Shown in pieces: positions 17,211 to 25,846 of a DNA stretch of 63,810 nt. Source of the stretch: Candidatus Limnocylindria bacterium (GTDB lineage: Bacteria > Chloroflexota > Limnocylindria > QHBO01); assembly GCA_036380455.1 (NCBI GenBank), contig DASVEQ010000035.1, positions 1 to 63,810 of the forward strand, in the 5' to 3' direction. Both the position numbers and the translations under genes were made by a program. Position 1 is the first letter of the stretch, and every line of letters starts with the position of its first letter. Below the pieces are notes generated by a model that ran no database searches, was not told the origin of the DNA, and saw only the letters and a program-made list of their open reading frames with translations.

Positions 17211-18539
17211 ATGAACGACCAGCGGATCCTCGACCGATATCGGCTCATCGAGCGCCTCGCCGCCGGCGGGAGCGCCGAGGTCTGGCGCGCCCACGACGAG
17301 CAGCTCGACCGCCCGGTCGCGGTGAAGCGCCTCCACCCGCACCTCTTCTCCGACGATGCGTCGCGGAATCGCCTGGCCGCCGAGGCACGGGCGGCGGCGC
17401 GGCTCTCCCATCCGGTGATCGTCGGGATCTACGACGTGGACGCGACGGGGGATGCCCCGGCCCTCGTCATGGAGCTGGTGACGGGCGAGTCGCTCGCGGC
17501 GCGGATCGAGCGGGCGGGCGCGCTCCCGCCGCGCGAGGCAGCCGCCATCGTCGCGGACCTCGCGGAGGCGCTCTTCCACGCGCACCAGCAGGGCGTCATC
17601 CACCGCGACATCAAGCCGGGCAACGTTCTCCTCGATACCAGCGGGCGGACGCGGCTCGTGGACTTCGGCATCGCCCACAGCCTGGCGGAAGCCGCTGCCC
17701 GGCTCACCGTCACCGGCACGGTGATCGGGACGTTGAGCTCCATGGCGCCCGAACAGCTCGCGGACGCGGCCATCACGCCGCGCACCGACCTCTACGGGCT
17801 CGGCGTCGTGCTCCACGAGGCACTGACCGGCAGCCCGCCGTACCCGACGGGATCGCCGCTCGCGCTCGCCGAAGCGCAGCGGGCCGGGCCGCCCACGCTG
17901 GAGGGACTGGACACTGGGCTGGCGGCGGTGGTTGCCGGATGCCTCGCGCTCGATCCCGCCGATCGGCCGCTGCATGCCGGCGCACTGGCCGATGCCCTGC
18001 GCTCCTGGCTGGCCGGGGACCCGGCACCGGCCCTCGCCCTGGCGCCACTGCCGATCGGGCCGGTGGACACCGCGGCGGTGACCCAGCCGGTTCCCGTGGT
18101 GGCGTCGCCCCTCGCACCGGCAGAGCCGCGGGACCCGGTTCGCTGGTCGTCCCGGTTGGCACCCATGCTGGCGGGGCTCGCGGCCCTGGCCGTGGTCGCC
18201 GTGCTCGTCGCCTTCGCCGCGAACCGGCCGGAGGCGGCTGGCCAGTCACCGGTCGGGTCATCGGCCGCGTCGGCCGCACCAACCGTCACGCCACCGCCGG
18301 AGTGGCTGACAGCTCTCGTCCAAGAGGTCGAAAAGGAGTGCGACGCCGAAGCCGCCGCGGCGGCAGAGGCCGACATGGCGACGATGACCGAGGACGAGGC
18401 GAAGGAGCACGCGGATGCCGTCGTCGAGGCGTGCAAGGGCGACGGCGATGGCGACGGCGGCGGCGACGGCGGTGGAGGGAACGGGAACGGCCGCGGGAAT
18501 GGCAACGGCAATGGGAACGGCCGCGGCAATGACGACTGA
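17211..18539 (+). CDS. Ser/Thr protein kinase with one TM helix and an extracytoplasmic tail ending in Gly/Asp/Asn repeats
   Basis: Hanks motifs VAVKRL, HRDIKPGNVLL, DFGIA and APEQ. The TM helix is LAGLAALAVVAVLVAFAA. The tail is GDGDGDGGGDGGGGNGNGRGNGNGNGNGRGNDD. Confidence 0.9.
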   Translation: MNDQRILDRYRLIERLAAGGSAEVWRAHDEQLDRPVAVKRLHPHLFSDDASRNRLAAEARAAARLSHPVIVGIYDVDATGDAPALVMELVTGESLAARIERAGALPPREAAAIVADLAEALFHAHQQGVIHRDIKPGNVLLDTSGRTRLVDFGIAHSLAEAAARLTVTGTVIGTLSSMAPEQLADAAITPRTDLYGLGVVLHEALTGSPPYPTGSPLALAEAQRAGPPTLEGLDTGLAAVVAGCLALDPADRPLHAGALADALRSWLAGDPAPALALAPLPIGPVDTAAVTQPVPVVASPLAPAEPRDPVRWSSRLAPMLAGLAALAVVAVLVAFAANRPEAAGQSPVGSSAASAAPTVTPPPEWLTALVQEVEKECDAEAAAAAEADMATMTEDEAKEHADAVVEACKGDGDGDGGGDGGGGNGNGRGNGNGNGNGRGNDD

Positions 18540-18551
18540 GAGCGGCCCGCG

Positions 18552-18887
18552 CTAGTTCGGGGTCAGGAAGAGGCTGACGATCTGGCCGTTCTCGACGCGG
18601 AAATTGGCTTCGACGTGCATCGGGTCGATGCCGGGGCGCATGACCGTCACGTCCGCCACGTAGCTGGCGCCCATGTTGCGGCTGTCGTTGATGAACATCC
18701 GGAATCCGTCTCCGGCGCGCGTGAACCAGCCGCCGACCTTGTCGCGGCCGCGGAGGTTCGTCCGCTCGTCGCTGCCCGGCACGCTGATGCCCATCACCGC
18801 GTGTTCGGCGAGCAGCTCCACGGCCTTCTCGCGCCGATCCTCGTTGATGAGCTCGAAGAACAGGTCGACAGTCTCAGTGGCACCCAT
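18552..18887 (-). CDS. SnoaL/NTF2-like small protein
   Basis: 111 aa with an alpha+beta cone-like pattern (DLFFELINEDRREKAVELL ... NGQIVSLFL). Confidence 0.6.
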   Translation of the reverse strand: MGATETVDLFFELINEDRREKAVELLAEHAVMGISVPGSDERTNLRGRDKVGGWFTRAGDGFRMFINDSRNMGASYVADVTVMRPGIDPMHVEANFRVENGQIVSLFLTPN

Positions 18888-19030
18888 GTGCGGCCCAGTC
18901 TAGCGACGGCCGCTCCGATCCGTTCGCCGCGCCACTCCTGCCGACCCCACGGTTCCCCTGGTGTCCACCTGCTCCGCGAAATGTGCGCACGTGTGTTGAC
19001 ACTCCGATGCCTCGCGTCCGGCGAGGGCCG

Positions 19031-19036
19031 TAGACT
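19031..19036 (+). promoter_or_regulatory. -10 box TAGACT, 6 nt upstream of the hom ATG (leaderless-type)
   Basis: TAGACT-N6-ATG. A TTGACA hexamer lies further upstream, but at too long a spacing to serve as the -35. Confidence 0.45.
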
Positions 19037-19042
19037 GGCCGT

Positions 19043-19966
19043 ATGGAACGCCTTCGCATCGGCCTCATCGGGTGGGGAACGGTTGGGGCTCCCTTCGGGC
19101 AGCTCGTCATGGATGGGCCGCTGCCGGTGACCCTCGCCGGGGTTGCCGTCCGCGACCCCGAACGAGCGCGCGAACGCGGCCTGCCGAAGGGCGTCCCGAC
19201 CATGTCGGTCGAGGAGGCGCTCTCGAACGACGTGGTCGTCGAGCTGGCCGGCGGCCTGGACGGCCCCCGCGAATGGGCGCGCGCGGCCCTCGACCGGGGA
19301 ACGCCGTATGTCACCGCCAACAAGGCGCTGCTCGCCACGCACGGCGGTGAGCTCGCCGAGCTGGCCGAGCGCCGCGTGGCCGCGCTGCTCGGCAGCGCCA
19401 GCGTGGGCGGCGGGACCCCGATGGTCGAGACGGTCATGCATCTCGCCGCGGCCGGCGAGATCGTGCGCCTCCGCGGCCTCCTGAACGCCACCACGACCTT
19501 CATCCTCAGCGCGATGGGGCGAGGCCAGGGCTACGACGAGGCGCTGTCCGACGCGCAGGAGGCCGGCTACGCCGAGGCCGATCCGAGCTTCGACGTCGAG
19601 GGACGGGATGCCGCGCAGAAGCTGGCCATCCTCGCCTCGGTCGCCTGGGGCCGGTGGCGCCCGGAGTCGGACGTGCAGATCGCCGGCATCCTCGACGTGG
19701 CGGTCGCGCCCGGTCAGGCGGTCCGCCTGGTGGCCGACGCTGACAAGCAGGCGCTTCGCGTGGCTCCCGCCAGCCTCGACGCCTTCGATCCGCTCTCCGC
19801 ACTGGACGGCGTCGAGAGCATGCTCGAAGTCGTCTCGTCCGACGGGACGACCGTTCGGGTCAGCGGCCCCGGCGCCGGCGGGCGGGTCACGGCCGGCGCG
19901 GTGTACGCCGATGTCGCACGACTCGTCGCTGGAGAGCGACCGATCCTCTTCGGCTCGCGGAGCTGA
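19043..19966 (+). CDS. hom: Homoserine dehydrogenase-like protein, short form lacking the C-terminal ACT domain
   Basis: NAD-binding IGLIGWGTVG, the YVTANKALLA motif and the DVEGRDAAQKLAILA catalytic-domain motif. The product is 307 aa. Confidence 0.8.
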   Translation: MERLRIGLIGWGTVGAPFGQLVMDGPLPVTLAGVAVRDPERARERGLPKGVPTMSVEEALSNDVVVELAGGLDGPREWARAALDRGTPYVTANKALLATHGGELAELAERRVAALLGSASVGGGTPMVETVMHLAAAGEIVRLRGLLNATTTFILSAMGRGQGYDEALSDAQEAGYAEADPSFDVEGRDAAQKLAILASVAWGRWRPESDVQIAGILDVAVAPGQAVRLVADADKQALRVAPASLDAFDPLSALDGVESMLEVVSSDGTTVRVSGPGAGGRVTAGAVYADVARLVAGERPILFGSRS

Positions 19967-20114
19967 CCTCGATCTCTCAGCCCGTGGCGAAGGCGCGCAC
20001 CGTGAATCGCGCTCCGCCGGGATCGCACAGGACGGCGCTTCGGACGGGCGGGATGTCGACGGGTTCGACGATCACCGTGCCGCCGAAATCGAGGTTGTGC
20101 GGTATCTTCGGCAT

Positions 20115-21146
20115 GTGAACGCGTGGCCAACCGTCGGTGTCGCCGGCGCCCGGGGCGTCGTCGGCGGCGTCTTCTGCTCCATCCTCGCCGATGCCGGCCT
20201 GCCGGCCGGGTGCCTCCGCGCGTTCGGGCACGAGGAGGGCAACACGGTCGAGTTCCGCGGGCAATCGGTGCCGGTGCGCGTCCTGGACGACGAGCGGGCG
20301 CAAGAGCTCGACGTGCTGTTTCTCGCCGTCGACGCGGTCCAGAGCCGCGAGATCATGGCGGGTCCGGGGCGCCTGGTGTCGCTCGTCGTCGACAACTCGA
20401 GCGCCTTCCGCCTGGCCGATGACGTTCCGCTCGTCGTGCCGGAGGGCAACGCGCATGCGGCGCGGCACCGCAGCGCCAACCTCATCGCGAACCCGAACTG
20501 CACGACCGCCGCCGTCATCGTGGCGCTCGCGCCGATCCGGGACCTGGCCGGCCTCGAGTCCGTCGACCTCGCCAGCTACCAGGCGGTGAGCGGAGCCGGC
20601 CGCAAGGGGCTCGATGCCTGGGAGTCGGAGCGCGCGAGCGACCACCGCAGCCAGGCCGACGCCTCGCCCTTCCACGGCCGCATCGCCGACTCGGTGGTGC
20701 CGCAGATCGACGTTCTCGGAGACGACGGCTGGACGGGCGAAGAGCGCAAGATCCACGCCGAGCTGCGGAAGATCCTCGAGATGCCGGACCTCGACGTGGC
20801 CGCCTCCGCCGTCCGGGTCCCGGTGCGCACCGGCCACTCGGTCGCCCTTCACGTTCGGACCCAGCGGCCCACGACCGTCGAGGAGATCGAGGACGCGCTG
20901 CGCGCCGCGCCCGGGCTCGAGTACCGGCCGGCGGACGGGTCCGAGCGCCATCCGATGCCGCTCGACGTCGAGGGCCGGGATCCGGTCCTCGTCGGCCGGC
21001 TGCGTGCCGTGCCAGGCCGCGAGCGTGGCTTCGCGCTCTGGCTGAGCAGCGACAACCTGCGGAAGGGCGCGGCACTGAACGCGATCCAGTGCGCCGCCGC
21101 GGCCGACCCGGAACGGTTCGGACGGCTGCTGCCACCCCCGCGGTGA
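20115..21146 (+). CDS. asd: Aspartate-semialdehyde dehydrogenase
   Basis: GARGVVGG, the active-site ANPNCTT, QAVSGAG and RVPVRTGHS motifs. Confidence 0.9.
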   Translation: MNAWPTVGVAGARGVVGGVFCSILADAGLPAGCLRAFGHEEGNTVEFRGQSVPVRVLDDERAQELDVLFLAVDAVQSREIMAGPGRLVSLVVDNSSAFRLADDVPLVVPEGNAHAARHRSANLIANPNCTTAAVIVALAPIRDLAGLESVDLASYQAVSGAGRKGLDAWESERASDHRSQADASPFHGRIADSVVPQIDVLGDDGWTGEERKIHAELRKILEMPDLDVAASAVRVPVRTGHSVALHVRTQRPTTVEEIEDALRAAPGLEYRPADGSERHPMPLDVEGRDPVLVGRLRAVPGRERGFALWLSSDNLRKGAALNAIQCAAAADPERFGRLLPPPR

Positions 21147-22036
21147 GCGGCGGCCCACAGCTCGCGGCCCTGCTCGAGGTCCTCGACCGGCACGAGGTGG
21201 CGTTCGTCATCGGCGGATCGGTCGCCGCGCTCGCCCACGAGGCCCCGAATGTGGCTCCGGGCGACCTCGACGTGATTCCGGCGACGGACGCAGAGAATCT
21301 GCGGCGCCTCGCCGCTGCCCTCGATGAGCTTGGCGCCGTGCCGGCGCCCGAGACCGGCGGCTGGGTCACCGACGATGACGGCGAGCACCGCTGGGTCGAG
21401 GACGGCCTCCAGCGACCGGCGGCGGACCTCGACCCGATGAATGCCGAGACCTTCGACCACTCGTTCGTGACATCGCTCGGCCGGCTCGACGTGGTGCCGC
21501 GCATCGCCGGACGCCACGACGACCTCCGCCGACGCGCCACGCGGCTGCCGGTGGACGGCCGAGAGGCGTGGGTCGCCGCCCCGGTCGATCTACTGGCCGG
21601 CATGACGGCCCCCCGACGGCCGAAGGACGTCTCCCGCGTGCGCCACCTCCGGGCGGTGGGACCTCCCGCCCAGGGGATCGGCTTCATCGGCTTCCGGACC
21701 GACCGGTACGAGGCGATGGTCGCCCTGTTCCGCGACCGCATTGGTCTCTTAATCATCCACGAGGCCCCCGCGGCCGCCTGGTTCCGCCTCGGGGCGGATG
21801 CGGAGCTCCACGTCTACGCCGACACCGATCCGGACCACGCGTTCTTCACCACCGGCCCGGTCGTCGGCCTGCGGGTCGCCGACGTGGACGCCACGCGCGC
21901 CGCGCTGGAGGCCGATGGGCTGCGCATGCTCACCGACGTCGAGCGCACCGAGTCGGCATCCTGGTGCCACTTCGAGGCGCCCGACGGCACGATTCTGGAG
22001 ATCATCGGCCCGGCCGCGCGGGGGCCGTCGGGCTAG
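21143..22036 (+). CDS. Fusion protein: minimal nucleotidyltransferase-like N-domain plus VOC/glyoxalase-like C-domain
   Basis: The G-S-x(n)-D-x-D pattern is GGSVAALAHEAPNVAPGDLDV. The C-terminal ~125 aa look VOC-like (FIGFRTDRYEAMVALF ... WCHFEAPDGTILEIIG). The GTG start overlaps the asd stop (GTGA). Confidence 0.6.
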   Translation: MSGGPQLAALLEVLDRHEVAFVIGGSVAALAHEAPNVAPGDLDVIPATDAENLRRLAAALDELGAVPAPETGGWVTDDDGEHRWVEDGLQRPAADLDPMNAETFDHSFVTSLGRLDVVPRIAGRHDDLRRRATRLPVDGREAWVAAPVDLLAGMTAPRRPKDVSRVRHLRAVGPPAQGIGFIGFRTDRYEAMVALFRDRIGLLIIHEAPAAAWFRLGADAELHVYADTDPDHAFFTTGPVVGLRVADVDATRAALEADGLRMLTDVERTESASWCHFEAPDGTILEIIGPAARGPSG

Positions 22037-22072
22037 ACTGGTCGCTCCCGGGCCGCACACAAGTGGAGCCGC

Positions 22073-23704
22073 ATGCCGTCGTTTGCCGACCTGACCACCG
22101 AGTTCCTCGACGCCGAGTTCGCGGAGTCGCCCGTTCGGGCCAGCAGCCTCGGCCTCACCGAGTTCGACGACCGCCTCGATGACCTGTCCGAGGAAGCATT
22201 CGAGCGCCGCCGCGCCGCCGACGGCGCCTGGCTCGAGCGGTTCCGTGCGGCAAGCGGCGAGGACCTGTCGTTCGACGACCAGATCGACCGGGACCTGGTG
22301 ATCAGCATCCTGCGCGGCCGGCAGATCGTCGAGGACTGGGAAGTCTGGCGGCGCCAGCCGGATACGTACCTCAACCCGGGCTTGACCGGGATCTTCGGCC
22401 TCTTCCTGCATCGGCTGCGCCCGCTGGAGGAGCTGGTCGACGCCGCCGTGGCCCGCATGGGGCTGATTCCGGAGAACCTGGAGGCGGGAAAGCGGAACCT
22501 GCATCCGGACCTCGTCCCGTCGATCTTCCTGGACCGCGCCGCAAACCAGGCGCGCGCCGGCGCGCGCTACGTCCGCGAGATCCTGCCCTCGCAGATCGAC
22601 GAGGGGCCGATTCGGGCGAAGCTGGCCGAGGCAGGCGAGGCTGCCGCATCGGCCTACGACGCCTACGTGGACTACCTCGAGGAGATGCGCCCATCGGCCG
22701 CAGGCGAGTGGGCGCTGGGGGAGGCGCGCTACAGCGCGCTGCTGCAGGAGAAGGAGCTGCTCGGCTTCGACGCGCGCCAGCTTCGCGATCGTGGCCAGGC
22801 GGCCTACGACGAGCTGGCCACCGAGCTGACCCGGTGCGCCAGGCAGATCGGCGGCACCGACGACTGGAAGCGGGTGCTCGACGATCTCAACGAGGACCAC
22901 CCGAACACGCCGGAGGAGATGCGGGTCGGATACGAGGACTGGACCGAGCGGGCCCGCGCCTACCTGCGGGAGCATCGGCTCGTCTCCTTCCCGCAGGGCG
23001 AGGAGTGCGACGTGGTGCCGTCACCACACTTCCAGCGGCCCGTGCTTGCCGTCGCCAGCTACATGCAGCCGCCGGCGTTCAGCGATCGCATGAAGGGCCA
23101 CTTCTTCGTGCCCTTCCCACCGGACGGCGCCTCCGAGGACGAGGTCCAGAAGCGGCTGGCCTCCAACTCCTATCCCGGCATCCCGACCACCGCCGTCCAC
23201 GAGGCCTATCCCGGGCACCACTGGCACCTGGTCATGTCGAAGGCGAACCCGAGCCGGCTGCGGCAAGTGTTTCGCACGCCGTACTTCAGCGAGGGCTGGG
23301 CGCTGTACGCCGAGCGGATGATGCGCGAGCAGGGCTTCTTCACCGAGCCGCGCCACGAGATGTTCCAGTACGAGGCCACGATCTTCCGCGCGGCGCGCAT
23401 CATCGTGGACACCTCGCTCCACATCGGCGAGATGAGCTGGGAGGAGGCCGTCCGCTTCATGCTGGAGCACACCGCGCTAACCGAGCCGACCGCGAAGGCC
23501 GAGGTCACTCGCTACTGCGCCTGGCCGACGCAGGCGTCGTCGTACCTGACCGGGTGCCTGGAGATCGTGCGCATCCGCGAGGCCTTCTTCGCCGCCCACG
23601 GATCGTCCGACACCGATGCGCTGCGCGCCTTCCACGACGGGATCACCAGCAGTGGCGGCCTGCCGATCGCCCTCGCCGAGCGCGCGGTCCTCGCCACAGC
23701 CTGA
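22073..23704 (+). CDS. DUF885-family protein (putative metallopeptidase-like)
   Basis: HEAYPGHHWH motif and overall similarity to the second copy at 37224..38885. GGAG RBS upstream. Confidence 0.8.
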   Translation: MPSFADLTTEFLDAEFAESPVRASSLGLTEFDDRLDDLSEEAFERRRAADGAWLERFRAASGEDLSFDDQIDRDLVISILRGRQIVEDWEVWRRQPDTYLNPGLTGIFGLFLHRLRPLEELVDAAVARMGLIPENLEAGKRNLHPDLVPSIFLDRAANQARAGARYVREILPSQIDEGPIRAKLAEAGEAAASAYDAYVDYLEEMRPSAAGEWALGEARYSALLQEKELLGFDARQLRDRGQAAYDELATELTRCARQIGGTDDWKRVLDDLNEDHPNTPEEMRVGYEDWTERARAYLREHRLVSFPQGEECDVVPSPHFQRPVLAVASYMQPPAFSDRMKGHFFVPFPPDGASEDEVQKRLASNSYPGIPTTAVHEAYPGHHWHLVMSKANPSRLRQVFRTPYFSEGWALYAERMMREQGFFTEPRHEMFQYEATIFRAARIIVDTSLHIGEMSWEEAVRFMLEHTALTEPTAKAEVTRYCAWPTQASSYLTGCLEIVRIREAFFAAHGSSDTDALRAFHDGITSSGGLPIALAERAVLATA

Positions 23705-23823
23705 AATCAATGCTCGCCGCGCACCGACTCGAAAGCCGGCACGCACCAAGCGAGCAACCGTCTGCTGGCCGGCACGGCGTGCGGTCGGGTGGGTGGGTGC
23801 GAGCGGCGGTACGCGTCGGCCCC

Positions 23824-24017
23824 GACTCGGATAGCGCGCCGTTTCGTGAGCACCACGTGGTCGATCCGCGGACGGCCGCCGTCCGTCGAGCGTGAAACCG
23901 GGCGGTCGCGGTCGCATCGGGCGCGTAACGTGCCCCTGGTGGTCAGTTATCCGACTGGAGCTCGTTTGGAACGCCCCGACTCGGATAACCGACCACCTCG
24001 CGGCCGCCGTCCGAGTC
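23824..24017 (+). repeat. MITE/REP-like element, copy 2 (one full 134-bp unit 23824-23957 plus an abutting partial unit 23978-24017)
   Basis: GACTCGGATAGC (23824), GTTATCCGACTG (23946), GACTCGGATAAC (23978) and GTCCGAGTC (24009). The interior of the full unit is again 110 nt. Confidence 0.8.
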
Positions 24018-24046
24018 AGGGTCCGCCGAATCCGGCTGTCGGCGGT

Positions 24047-25615
24047 TCAATACCGAAGGCGATCGGTGATGTCGAACATCTCGTAGAAGTGGTAGAGGTC
24101 GGTGTGTGACAGGACCGTGTCCGGCAGGAGCGGGAGATCGGTCCCGAAACGGGCGTTGAAGATGATGCGGAACGCGTTTACCGGGGTGAGCGCATCGTGG
24201 AAGCCGTGCTCTTCGAGGTCGGCGCCAGGGACGCGCATCGCGTACAGGATCCCGAACTTCTCCTCGAGCTCGAGGTCGGTGGCCTCGCGCCAGTCGAAGT
24301 TCCAGCCGTCGGCGCGGTAGCGGGCGGGGAACGGCCCCTCGTCGGCCTGCAGCATGATCACTGCATCCGGATCCGACGCGATGATCCGATCCATCAGTGA
24401 CAGCATCCGGCTGTTCGCATAGCTCAGCTGCCGCCGGTAGCTCTCGATCTCCCCGAGCTCGGCGACCTGCGAGCGTCCGGTGAACGAGCCATCGGCGTTG
24501 TGGACGTACGGGGGATGCGTCGTCACCAAGTGCGCGAACACGTACTTGGGGCCTGGAAGCTCCGTGATCTCGTCCAGCCGATCGAGCGCATACAGGTTGT
24601 TCTCGCGCATGACCGGCCAGTCCCACGGGTCGTCAGGCGCGGCGTTTGGATCGCCGAAGGCCCGCAGCAGCGTGGTCTGGGCCAGCACCGATGAGAACTC
24701 ATCCTGCCCGGTGTAGCGGAGCACGCGATCGGCGTCCTCGTTGCGCTGAGTGGGCGTCCACCAGTTCGCGACCTGGAGATACGTGTAGCCGAGCTCCTTC
24801 AGCGCGGTCGGGACGGCCAGTCGCTCCTGGAGATCGCGGTGGATCGGCTCGCGGTCGCGGCCGCTCTCGGCCTCGGCGGCCAGGGCATCGGTGTCGAGCA
24901 TCTCCATGTTGAGGGAGCTGACGAGTGAGAGGGGCGTCTTGATGTAATTGGCGTGCGCGTGCCGCGCGACGTCGAAGCCGCGCTCTTCGAGCGCCGTGAG
25001 GAACGGCTCGTTGTCGTAGTCGTAGACCTCGCGGAGCGCCGTCGGCCCGGCATAGCGGTCGAGGATGATGTAATAGACGTCGGGCAGGTCGGCCGGGTCC
25101 GGGGGCGCGAGCTCGACCTCGGTCAGCTCCCCGGACGGGTTCGTCGCTCCGATCGCGACCATCGCAGTCGCGACGCTCCAGCAATTGAGACCGACGAGCA
25201 CGGCGGCCACGAAGTTCAGGCCACGCGTCAGCGGAACGGCGAAACGCCGCGTCCTCCAGGCCAGGACGAGCGCGAGCGCGAGCGCCAGCGTCCAGCCGAC
25301 GATGAGCGGCCACTGGCTGTCGACGTACGGCGCGGCCGCGTTCCAGGCATGGCCGTAGCCGAAGAAGGCGACGACCAGGACGGTGGTCAGGAGGCCGGCG
25401 CGGAGCCAGTCGCGCAGGACCACGCCCAGGACGCCGAGCACCGCCGCGGTGACGCCCACCGCGAGCGCGAGCGGCAGCCAGAGGGGCTCCGTGGTCACCT
25501 GCTCATCCGCGTTGATCGCGAAGAGGAACACCACCGGGTACGCCGCGGCAAGGATCGGGTGGAGCGGCAGCGTCGTGGGGTCCGAGTGGCCCTCACGCCC
25601 CCATGCGGTTACCAT
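24047..25615 (-). CDS. Sulfatase-like / alkaline-phosphatase-superfamily membrane protein (LTA-synthase-like architecture)
   Basis: About five N-terminal TM helices are followed by a soluble domain (YYIILDRYAG ..., HLVTTHPPY). The start ATG 25615 is supported by a TAGTGT box 7 nt upstream. The upstream 75 codons of the track ORF look non-coding. Confidence 0.75.
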   Translation of the reverse strand: MVTAWGREGHSDPTTLPLHPILAAAYPVVFLFAINADEQVTTEPLWLPLALAVGVTAAVLGVLGVVLRDWLRAGLLTTVLVVAFFGYGHAWNAAAPYVDSQWPLIVGWTLALALALVLAWRTRRFAVPLTRGLNFVAAVLVGLNCWSVATAMVAIGATNPSGELTEVELAPPDPADLPDVYYIILDRYAGPTALREVYDYDNEPFLTALEERGFDVARHAHANYIKTPLSLVSSLNMEMLDTDALAAEAESGRDREPIHRDLQERLAVPTALKELGYTYLQVANWWTPTQRNEDADRVLRYTGQDEFSSVLAQTTLLRAFGDPNAAPDDPWDWPVMRENNLYALDRLDEITELPGPKYVFAHLVTTHPPYVHNADGSFTGRSQVAELGEIESYRRQLSYANSRMLSLMDRIIASDPDAVIMLQADEGPFPARYRADGWNFDWREATDLELEEKFGILYAMRVPGADLEEHGFHDALTPVNAFRIIFNARFGTDLPLLPDTVLSHTDLYHFYEMFDITDRLRY

Positions 25616-25622
25616 CCGGTTA

Positions 25623-25628
25623 ACACTA
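25623..25628 (-). promoter_or_regulatory. -10-like box TAGTGT, 7 nt upstream of ATG 25615 (leaderless-type)
   Basis: cTAGTGT-N7-ATG on the minus strand. Confidence 0.4.
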
Positions 25629-25645
25629 GCCGAGGCGTTTGCGCC

Positions 25646-25846
25646 GTGCTCATTCTGGGATATATCGATCCGGGCTCCGGCAGCATGCTGCTCCAGGTGA
25701 TCCTGGCGGGCGCGCTGGCGGTCCCGTTCTTCTTCCGGCGGCTGATCGCCGATGCCTGGCACAGGGTGCGCGGCACCGACCGGACCGACACCGCCGCCGA
25801 GCGGGTTCCCGCCGACGGCCGCGACGAGACCGATTCCCACCGCTGA
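25646..25846 (+). CDS. Candidate micro-protein (66 aa) with one TM helix
   Basis: A GTG start gives VLILGYIDPGSGSMLLQVILAGALAVPFFFRRL... with GAGG 10 nt upstream. It overlaps the annotated 5' end of the next ORF by 95 nt, so one of the two start calls is wrong. Confidence 0.4.
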   Translation: MLILGYIDPGSGSMLLQVILAGALAVPFFFRRLIADAWHRVRGTDRTDTAAERVPADGRDETDSHR

